A DNA stretch of 64,000 bases, taken from assembly GCA_031281945.1 (NCBI GenBank), contig JAITER010000020.1, positions 986 to 64,985 on the forward strand, given 5' to 3'. Below the pieces are notes generated by a model, which was not told the origin of the DNA, did no database searches, and saw only the letters and a list, made by a program, of their open reading frames with translations. Positions 10,185-18,900 of this stretch are shown one piece after another. How positions within the stretch are numbered: position 1 is the first letter of the stretch; every line of letters starts with the position of its first letter. The position numbers and the translations under genes were made by a program. This DNA comes from Spirochaetaceae bacterium (GTDB lineage: Bacteria > Spirochaetota > Spirochaetia > Treponematales > Breznakiellaceae).

Positions 10185-13100
10185 ATGTTTGAGGGCGGAT
10201 TGCGGCGCAAATGCGAAACCGGATTATCTAAAGCCAGGACGATTTTACAAAGAATTATTTTTTTAAAAATCGCGGGTTTTGCGTTTATTTTCTGTAGTTG
10301 CACCCAGCCGGAAGAATCGCCGCCGCCTTCTACACCCTCGCCGGCGCCGAAGCTCGAAATCCCGGCCCCCCCAAGCTCCATTCGGACGGCTTTTACCGGA
10401 GACGGCAGCGTAAGCCTTTATTGGGAACATATTTACAACGCTTTTTCGTACGAAATTGGAGTTTTTTTAGGGGGCGCCGCCGCGCCTTCGCCCGAAGAAA
10501 TACAAGTCTGGCCGGACGTCGCTTTCACCATAAATTCCAAAGGCGTAAACGCCCTGGTAAAAAAACTTGAAAACAACGCCGTATACTGGTTTTACGCCAG
10601 ATCGTTAAACCCGTCCGGCGAATACGGCGACTGGAGCCCGCCGGAACGGGCGGTTCCTCACTCCAGAGCGGTGGCGGTTTTGGACGAAAACGGCGTTGAA
10701 GAAGCGAATTTCGGCTTTATAATCCAGGCTATAGATTATGTTAATTCCATCTCCGCAGTTAAAAAATCTTACACCATAGCTGTAACTTCGGACAATCAAA
10801 AAATAAAAGAGGCGCAGTTGACCGCCGGAAAGGATTTAACTTTAACCAGCGACGGCAGGGAAGTTTTTCTGGACGGCGCGGACGGCTCCATGCTGGCCGT
10901 TTCTTCAGGAACGCTTAGGCTGGAAAACATTACGTTGACGGGCGTTCCGTCAAACACAAGCGCGTTAATAACGGTTTCCAGCGGCGCCGCTTTGACTCTG
11001 GACGGAGGGGCCGTTGTATGCAAAAACGGAACCGGAATATCCGCCGGGCTTGGCGGGGAGCTTTTTATTTTAGGCGGGGGCGGCCAGAGCGCCGGCCTCT
11101 CCGCGCCGGGCGGCAGGGTGACGGGTTGCGTGGACGGCGTTAAGGTTAACGGCGGGCTATGCCTGGTTGGGGAATTCGCCGAAATAGAGCGAAACACAGG
11201 CTCCGGCGTTTCAGTTTTGAGCGGCGGAATTGCGCGTATAAAGGGATTTTCAAAAATAAAAAACAACGGTTGCGGCGTGAATTTAACTAACGGAAAGGTT
11301 TCTTTAGAAGATGAAGCGCTTATAGAAGGCAATAACGCGCAGGCTGTTTATATTGGAATTGAAGGCGTTTCGTTTGAGATGAAAGGCGGAACCTTGAAAG
11401 GCGGCGCCGGCGCGTCCGGCGGCGTTCAAGTTGAAGGCGGCTGTTTTAAGGCGCTGGGCGGAAGCGTTTACCTGGAAATTGAACAAAACGGCGGAAGCGT
11501 GTCTGTGGAAGATGGAATTATTTACGGCGCGTTCACAGTTAAAAAAGAAACGGCCGTTGTAAAGGGCGGGCTTTTTAACGGCCCGGTTACGGTAAACGGG
11601 GACGGCGCCGCGCTGGAAATGACAGGCGGCGAGGCGTCTAAAGGGGTTGTGGTAGAAAACGGCCTTTTTAAGATGACCGGCGGAAATGTTTCGGGGGACG
11701 GCGTAATTGTAGGGGAAGGGGATGGCGCGGAAATACAGATGGGCGCCGATGCTAAAGTTGATTTATCCGGCGCTTCAAACTGCGTTTTTTTGCCGGCGGA
11801 CAAAAAAATAAAAATTATTTCGCAAATAACTAACGCTGTAGCCGCCGCCATAGCCCCCCGCGCCTCCGGCGACCAGGCGCTCTGGTACGTAACGGGCAGG
11901 GCGGTTTTGGAAGAGGAGCAAGGCGCCGGTCTTTTAGCGGCGGCTTCCGCTCATTTTAAAATACTTAAAAGCGCAGACGCCGCCGTCTGGAGTTTAAGCG
12001 GCGGCGCGCTAGCGCAGGCGGCTACGGTTTATGTGGCGTCAAACGGCGATGATGCGGGAGACGGGTCTCAAAGCGCCCCTTACGCCACGCTGGAAAAAGC
12101 TGTGGAGCAGACTGTTACAGGCGGCGTTATAATCATTTCGGGGTCTATTTCGCCGCAGTCAGGCTGGAGCGGCTCGCCGTTCAATATAGCCTGCGATAAA
12201 AAAATAACCCTGGAAGGCGTAAACGAGGCTGAACTTCGAGCGCCGCCCGGTGCGCCTTGCGACGCGACTTTAAAAATTGATGGAACCGCCATTGTTGAAA
12301 TAAACGGCGTCAAATTTAAAAACGATTCTTCAACTGGCAACGAAAAAATGTTGCTTATAAGCGGTTCAGCCGCCGTATTTTGCGGCGCCGGCGTTGTGTT
12401 TGAATCGGGAGGCGGGGTGTGGAGCGAATCTGCGGGCGGCGCCGCTTCAACAATTTCCTGCGCCGTATCCAGCGCCGTCCTGGAAGGAAGCTCAGGCGGC
12501 TCTTTAATAGTGTACGGCGCGGTGGCGAATGGCGCGCGCGTAAATGGAAGCGGTAAAATTACGCTAAAAGGCGAGGTTTTAGGCGGAATTACTGTTGAAG
12601 GCGGCGGAACCGCGGACTTGCAAAACACCGTCCGGGGGGACGCCGAGGTAAAAGACGGCTTGTTGATAATGAACGGCTCAGAATCAAAGGTTTTGGGCCA
12701 AGTGATACTTAACGATGATAACGCGGCGGCGGCTTCCAGCCCCAGCGCTGTTTTCGGCGCCCTTATAGTAAATAATTTAAAAGACGGCGCGCCGGATATA
12801 AACGCGCAAATAACAGGCGTTTTGGAAATGAACGCCGCGGGTAAAACTCTCGTTCTAGGATCCGCTGTAGGCGGCGAAAGCGAGGTTAAAGCCGGCTCGC
12901 TCGTTATGAAAGAAGGCGCCTCTTTCGCCAGGCGCCTTAAAATCTTATCGCGGGCGCAATTGCTTGGCGTGGTGGATTCTTTTGTAGCGGAAGGAAGCGC
13001 CGCGGCTCAAACAAGCGGCGATTTGCGGGTTCTAAACGGCGCTTCCATAACCGGAAACTCAACTTTTGAAATTGCAAGCAGGGTTTCGGGAAACATTGAT

Positions 13101-14273
13101 TTTAACGGCGCCCGCCTTTCTTTAGTTGGTCCTGGCGCCTCTTGCGGCGAGGGGGCGATAACGCTTTATGACGGCAAAACCATTGACGTGGAAGGAACGC
13201 TCAACGCGGCTTCCGCCGGAAAAATCAAAACTTTAAGCCCTCTGCCAAATTCCATAACCGGAAGCGCGGACGGCGTTCTTCAACTTATAAAAGAAGGCGC
13301 GGCGGAAAACTACACAAAATTTACAATTGATGAAACGAGCCCGTTTTACGACAAACGTCATTTTATAGACGCGCAAGGGCGCGCCAGGTTTAATTTTGCG
13401 AAAGGCGGGAATGTAAGTTATGTTACCGAAGCTAACGGTGAAGTTTTTGAAATCCATACTTTTTACGCCATTCCATACGATTCTCAAACTCAAACCCTGG
13501 AATTTTTCAAGAAGCCCCAGGGTTCGGCGGCGCGCGTTCTTGTAGCCGCCGGCGGCGGTTCCGGCGGTTATGGCGCCGGGAACGCTCTTGGCGGCGGCGG
13601 CGGCGCGGGCGGCGTTAGGGAAGACCCGGCTTACCCTTTAAAATCGTTGATATACACGATAACGGTTGGCGCCAGCGGAAAACCCGATTTTAACCCTGGC
13701 GGCATTAACGGAGGGGCTGGTCTTAACGGCGGCTCTTCCACCATTTCTACGGTTGACAATTTAGACCAGATTACAGCGGTTGGCGGCGGCGGGGGCGCTT
13801 CCGGTTTAAGCCCGCGTGAAGGCAAAAGCGGCGGCTCCGGCGGCGGGGCTTCCGGCGCGAACAGCATGGGAAAAGCAAATTCCGGCGGCGGTAAACAGGA
13901 CGGCTCCGTTATCGGCGAAACTTTTTATGGAACTTTTTACGGGAATCCTGGAGGCGGCGGGATTGATGATAAAACCGGCGTCGAAAATATATCCGCGGGC
14001 GGCGGAGGCGGGGCCGGAAGCGCCGGCAAGGCTGTGGCGGCGCCGGAAACAGGCCGTCTTTTGGGCGGCGGGAGCGGGCGCGAAATAAAAATATCGGTGC
14101 GTTCAGACCAAAACGGCGAGATTTACGCCATAGGCGGCCACGCCGCCAACCTAAAAGGAGACTGCCTATACGTCCCGGTTCCAAACACAGGCTCAGGGGG
14201 AATGGGCGGCTGGGGCGGGGCCGGCGGCGGCGGAGCTGACGGCGTGGTAATAGTGCGCTTTAAAGTGCGTTAA
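10185..14273 (+). CDS. Giant surface lipoprotein: Fn3-like domain, beta-helix-like repeats and a C-terminal glycine-rich domain
   Basis: Open frame 10107-14273. ATG 10185 precedes the lipobox FAFIFCSC. An Fn3-like segment is present (SVSLYWEHIYNAFSYEIG...YWFYARSLNPSGEYGDWSPP). Many G/A/V-rich turn repeats follow. The C-terminal ~250 aa carries GGGxGG blocks and ends GGGGADGVVIVRFKVR. Confidence 0.8.
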   Translation: MFEGGLRRKCETGLSKARTILQRIIFLKIAGFAFIFCSCTQPEESPPPSTPSPAPKLEIPAPPSSIRTAFTGDGSVSLYWEHIYNAFSYEIGVFLGGAAAPSPEEIQVWPDVAFTINSKGVNALVKKLENNAVYWFYARSLNPSGEYGDWSPPERAVPHSRAVAVLDENGVEEANFGFIIQAIDYVNSISAVKKSYTIAVTSDNQKIKEAQLTAGKDLTLTSDGREVFLDGADGSMLAVSSGTLRLENITLTGVPSNTSALITVSSGAALTLDGGAVVCKNGTGISAGLGGELFILGGGGQSAGLSAPGGRVTGCVDGVKVNGGLCLVGEFAEIERNTGSGVSVLSGGIARIKGFSKIKNNGCGVNLTNGKVSLEDEALIEGNNAQAVYIGIEGVSFEMKGGTLKGGAGASGGVQVEGGCFKALGGSVYLEIEQNGGSVSVEDGIIYGAFTVKKETAVVKGGLFNGPVTVNGDGAALEMTGGEASKGVVVENGLFKMTGGNVSGDGVIVGEGDGAEIQMGADAKVDLSGASNCVFLPADKKIKIISQITNAVAAAIAPRASGDQALWYVTGRAVLEEEQGAGLLAAASAHFKILKSADAAVWSLSGGALAQAATVYVASNGDDAGDGSQSAPYATLEKAVEQTVTGGVIIISGSISPQSGWSGSPFNIACDKKITLEGVNEAELRAPPGAPCDATLKIDGTAIVEINGVKFKNDSSTGNEKMLLISGSAAVFCGAGVVFESGGGVWSESAGGAASTISCAVSSAVLEGSSGGSLIVYGAVANGARVNGSGKITLKGEVLGGITVEGGGTADLQNTVRGDAEVKDGLLIMNGSESKVLGQVILNDDNAAAASSPSAVFGALIVNNLKDGAPDINAQITGVLEMNAAGKTLVLGSAVGGESEVKAGSLVMKEGASFARRLKILSRAQLLGVVDSFVAEGSAAAQTSGDLRVLNGASITGNSTFEIASRVSGNIDFNGARLSLVGPGASCGEGAITLYDGKTIDVEGTLNAASAGKIKTLSPLPNSITGSADGVLQLIKEGAAENYTKFTIDETSPFYDKRHFIDAQGRARFNFAKGGNVSYVTEANGEVFEIHTFYAIPYDSQTQTLEFFKKPQGSAARVLVAAGGGSGGYGAGNALGGGGGAGGVREDPAYPLKSLIYTITVGASGKPDFNPGGINGGAGLNGGSSTISTVDNLDQITAVGGGGGASGLSPREGKSGGSGGGASGANSMGKANSGGGKQDGSVIGETFYGTFYGNPGGGGIDDKTGVENISAGGGGGAGSAGKAVAAPETGRLLGGGSGREIKISVRSDQNGEIYAIGGHAANLKGDCLYVPVPNTGSGGMGGWGGAGGGGADGVVIVRFKVR

Positions 14274-14386
14274 AAACCCGCCGCTTCAATTACTGTCAGC
14301 TAAAATTGGACTTATTCAACAATACGGCCGGGCGAGCGAAATTAAATCTTGCAAAACGCTCCGTATTTTGCTGTTTTTTAACGGTT

Positions 14387-14416
14387 GTTGTTCAAAGACT
14401 AAAGTTTCTAAACAAC
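14387..14416 (+). repeat. Family-1 intergenic hairpin repeat copy
   Basis: gttgttcaaagac-taaa-gtttctaaacaac followed by tccattc. Same architecture as the copies at 33601, 44889 and 61131. Confidence 0.7.
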
Positions 14417-14455
14417 TCCATTCTGTAAAGTTTTACATAGAAAATTCGATTAAAA

Positions 14456-15664
14456 ATGAAAATAAAATTTATTATAAAAACGATTGTTTTTTTGTTTGCT
14501 GTTTTTGGTTTGTGCGCGTTTATTTTCCCAAAAATCTCAAGCCTTACGGTTCCGGTTTTACAGCCTGAAAAAGCGGCGGACGCGGAGGATGCGGAGGCGC
14601 GGACGGCTGAAAAAGCTGAAATTCCGGCCTCCATTCTGCTACAGGCGAAAGAGGCGGCCGCGGCTCTTGGCGTTGACGCGCTAGCCGCTCAGGTTATAAT
14701 GACCGGCGTGGACGCTAACGGTTTCCTGGGCGAGGCCGAAAAAGCCGTCCTTTCCGCCGTTCCAGCCGGAGCGGTGATGCTTTTTAGAAAAAATTTAACC
14801 GCGCCGGTTGACGGCATAATTCAAACAAATATGGAAATTAGCGCCGTTATAAGCGCTTCCTGCGGAATAAAGCCTTTTATAGCGGTGGATCACGAAGGCG
14901 GGGACGTCCAGCGCTTTACAAACGCCGCCGCCCTGCCGCCGCCGCTCTCGTATTGGGAAAAAGCGCAAACAGACGGCTGGGAGACGGCCATTCTTCAAAT
15001 TAAAACGGACGCCGCCTATTCCGGCGCCGAACTGCGTAAAATGGGCGTAAACTTGAACCTGGCGCCTGTGGCGGAAATTTTTACAGCCGAAAACGCCGGG
15101 TTCCTGAAATCCCGTTCCTACGGCCCTGCCGCCGCTTTTGTGGAAAAAGCCGCCGCGTCTTTCGCCGCCGGCATGGAAGAAAGCGGCGTTTTGTGCGTGG
15201 TAAAGCATTTTCCCGGAAATTCTTCGCAAGACCCGCACGTTTCCAAACCGGTCTGGAACGCGGATATAGATACTTTAAAAAGCCTCACTTCACCTTTCTC
15301 GTACTATTTTAAGACGTTTCCGGCGGGCGCCGTTATGATTTCGCACGTTATAGTAAGCGCGTGGGACGGTGAGCAAAACGCCAGCCTTTCGCCGCAAGTG
15401 ATAAAACGTTTGCGGGAGGAATACGGTTTTAACGGCCTAATCATCGCAGACGATTTCTCCATGGGAGCCGTCTCCGGGGGGCTTGCTACGGAAGAATACG
15501 CGGTGCGGGCCTTAAAAAGCGGCGTTGATATGGTGATGTCCTGGCCCGCGAATTACCGCTCGACTCACAACGCCATAGTCCGCGCCGTAGAAAATTCCGG
15601 TTTGCCGAAAGAACGCCTGCTGGAAGCCGCCGCCCGCGTGATAGCCGCCAAACATCTGTTGTAA
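14456..15664 (+). CDS. nagZ: Beta-N-acetylhexosaminidase, GH3 family (NagZ-like) with an N-terminal hydrophobic anchor or signal
   Basis: 402 aa. GH3 motifs FIAVDHEGGDVQRF and VVKHFPGNS are present. The N-terminal segment IVFLFAVFGLCAFIF suggests export or membrane anchoring. Confidence 0.85.
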   Translation: MKIKFIIKTIVFLFAVFGLCAFIFPKISSLTVPVLQPEKAADAEDAEARTAEKAEIPASILLQAKEAAAALGVDALAAQVIMTGVDANGFLGEAEKAVLSAVPAGAVMLFRKNLTAPVDGIIQTNMEISAVISASCGIKPFIAVDHEGGDVQRFTNAAALPPPLSYWEKAQTDGWETAILQIKTDAAYSGAELRKMGVNLNLAPVAEIFTAENAGFLKSRSYGPAAAFVEKAAASFAAGMEESGVLCVVKHFPGNSSQDPHVSKPVWNADIDTLKSLTSPFSYYFKTFPAGAVMISHVIVSAWDGEQNASLSPQVIKRLREEYGFNGLIIADDFSMGAVSGGLATEEYAVRALKSGVDMVMSWPANYRSTHNAIVRAVENSGLPKERLLEAAARVIAAKHLL

Positions 15665-15886
15665 AGCCGCGCGCAAAATTCCGGGGCCGGGCGCGGAACG
15701 CGGCTTCTTGTTTTTTTATTGCGGTTGTTTAAAAACCGCAAGTTTTTACAATCTGAACCAGGGCCGGGCTTGATTCAAGCCAACTTCCATTAAAAAACGC
15801 GGGTTTGCAAGACGACAGCCTGTGAAAACCGCGAGACGATGGCAAAGCTTAAGCCATCCGCGGGCGGGCTGGCGGGCGGCGGGTTG

Positions 15887-15916
15887 TTGAACAACTCGAT
15901 TGATTCAGTTTATAAT
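15887..15916 (+). promoter_or_regulatory. Candidate sigma70-type promoter for the Pmp-repeat lipoprotein gene
   Basis: TTGAAC (15887-15892), an 18-nt spacer, then TATAAT (15911-15916). The ATG at 15929 lies 13 nt downstream of the -10 box. Confidence 0.4.
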
Positions 15917-15950
15917 TATGACAAAAGTATGAAAACGAAATCCTATAGTA

Positions 15951-15966
15951 CCCCCCCCCCCCCCCC
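15951..15966 (+). repeat. Poly-C homopolymer (16 nt)
   Basis: Counted directly: C at 15951-15966, flanked by a at 15950 and ttg at 15967-15969. Confidence 0.97.
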
Positions 15967-18900
15967 TTGAAAGCCTTTTTGCTTTTTTGCGCTTTTATTT
16001 TAATTCTGGCTTTTTCAGGTTGCGGAGCGGAGATAAACCCCGACTTTGAGGGCTTTATAAAAAACGAGTTGCGCAAGGTGCATACCATGACGTACTCGGT
16101 GGTGGACGTAAAAATAACGCTTCCGCCATACCGCGATGTTTACGAAATGGGCGAGGCGTGGGCTCCCGTGAATCCGGATAATCCCGAAGATGGGATTGAG
16201 GCGGCTGTAACGATAGGGGGCGGCACGGTTTATCCGTATTATTTTGAAAGTTTTAATTCCCAGACGAATATTCTCACGATGAAGGGCGAAGACGGTAAAA
16301 GTCTGAGTTTTAGGCTGGACGGCTTTAACACGGCGTCAGAGGGCTCCAGGCGTCTGCGTCTTACGGCGCTGAACGGCGCGGGCGAGGATCTTAAAACGCC
16401 GGTTTTGCCGGCGGATTATCTGTGGAAGTTTGAGAGGGAAGGGGAGACGCTTTTTTGCGATCTTGACTACAAGGTTGTAAAGTTGGGCGGTCTTGACGGA
16501 GATATAGGCCTTTCGTTTTACCTCGGCGGTTTTGGCGGCGTGTACGCTAACGTGGAGCGTTTCGATATAGGGGAGGAGATTGGCGGCGTAGTTAGGGCGG
16601 CTCCGGGTTACAGGCTGAAAGACGGCGGTCTTAAATGCGTGGGCGCTTATCTGAGCGGAGGTATGGATATTTGGGTCGGGGAGGGCGTCTGGAAAAGCGA
16701 GGCGTCGTGGAACGGTCTGGAATATCCGTTTAGCTTCAAGATAAATGCGGAGAACATGAAGATGCTGTGCGATGTTGAGCTTTTCGCCGCGTTTGAGATG
16801 GAGGAGTACGCTATGACGCTTCCCGCCGCCGCAGAGGGCGGAAGGGTCATAGCGGTGGAAGTTAACGAGACGGCTTACGATGCGGGAGAGGGCGGCCTTT
16901 TTCCGGTTTCGTTGCGTATGGGCGACCGTGTAAGGCTTGTCATGAAAGCGGATTCCGGCTGGGTTTTGAGCAAAGACGGCGTCTCTTACGAGGCGGATCG
17001 TTTTGGAAGCTTTACTATACCTTCCGGCTACACGGACGCATCTAGCGGGGATTCCGCCGGCGAGTTTCTTTGCCCCGCTTCGAATATAAAGGTTAGGGTT
17101 GTGTTTGAGGACTTAACTATATCGTATATAACGGCGAGCGGTTATAAGAGTTCGTATGGTTTGTACGACCAGTTTGACGGCGGCGGGATAAGCGTTAACG
17201 GCGTTATGAGCGACCGGAATTCGCAGGTTGTCGATTTAACGGATGAAGCGGAATTTGAATCTGGCGGCTGGAACAATAACGCGGAGCGGCATTTTGACAA
17301 ACCCGGCAAATGGGAAGTGATTGTAAGGGCCCGCGGCAAGATGACGGTGTTTGTTGTGAATGTTTCTGGCGAAGACTTTGTCGCGGCGCGGACTGTGGGA
17401 GGCGCGCGTGTGTTTTACAAGAGCGTGCGGGCCGCTATAGACGCGGCCGCCGCATCTGGAGATGCCTCCTCCACCATATCGCTGGTTTCCGATGTAACGG
17501 TTAAAAACTCCGCCCCCTACGGGCCGAAAGAGGAGGCGCCGGTTTTAATAGGCGGCGGCGTGAATGTGGTGATTAACAGCTCTGGCGGCGAGCGAACCAT
17601 AAAGCTCGCGGACGAGTTTTCCGGGTTTATTTTTAAGGTTGAATCGGGCGCGAGCCTTACGCTGGAAGGCGGGGCGGGGTCGCTAACGCTTTCAGGCGGG
17701 GCGGTTTGGGGGCCGGAGGCGGGGGGCGGCGGCGCCGTGAACCAGGGCTTTTTGTCTTACGGCCCGCTTGTGAGAGTTGAAGGCGGCGTCTTTACATTAA
17801 AAGACGCCGTTGCGTTGCGAAACAATCAATATGCGGGCGGCGATGGCGGCGGAGTCGCCATATTGTATGGGACTTTTAATATGCTGGGCGGCGTCATAGA
17901 GTCCTGCGCGGCGCCCTCAGGCGGCGGGGTTTACTTGATCGACGGCGAATTTAATTTTTCCGGCGGTGAGATTTCCGGCAATTTCGCGGCGAACTCAGGC
18001 GGCGGCTTTTACTTGATCGACGGCGAATTTAACTTTTCCGGCGGTGAGATTTCCGGTAATTTCGCGCTCTCAGGCGGCGGCGTATATAATAGCGGCGGCT
18101 CTTTAAAAATGAACGGCGGCGTTATCTACGGCAATAAAGCGGGAACGGGAAGCGGGGTTTATAACGCCGGCGCTTTTACGGTTATGGGCGGTTCCGCTTT
18201 AATAGCGGCTAACAACGACTTTTACGCTAACGGCAATCACGGAATAAAAGTGGAAGCGCCTCTTGAGGCTCAAAAAGCGGCGGTAATCACGCCGGGAAAT
18301 TACAATGACGCCAATTCAGTTTTGGTGGATGTTGACTCGATTGCGGACGATTTCCAGGCCGCCGCGCAAATAAACAAGTTTTCTTTAACGCCCAATGCGA
18401 GCGGCGAAATCTACTTTTTAAAGAGTTCAAACCCCGGCCGCGGGAAAATCGTTTCCGCCGCATTCTCCCGCGGCTCGGCGGGCCTAACCTTATACTATCA
18501 AGATTTGCAAACGGCGCTTGCCGAAGCCGCTTACTCGGACGAGATTACGGTTCTTAAAAACGCGGAAGATGTCGGGGAGGATGTTTTCATTCAAAAGTTC
18601 ATCACATTAAAACCCGCCGCCGGAAAAAACATTAAACTAACGGCTTCTTTTACGGCGGAAAGCGGCGGCGCTCTGCGGCTTTCGGGGAACTCCGGCGGCG
18701 TTCTAACTTTAACGCCCAGCAACTCCTTCACAAGCGCGGTTTCGGTGGAAAACGGCGGCTCCTTTATACTAGCTGGCGGCGCCGTTATTTCAGGCGGCGC
18801 GGCGCAAAGGTCCGTCTCGCTTGCGCGGATAAACAGCGGCGGGGTTTTTAGAATGGACGGCGGGGAATTGAAAGAAGCCGATGTAGAAGGCTACGGCGGC

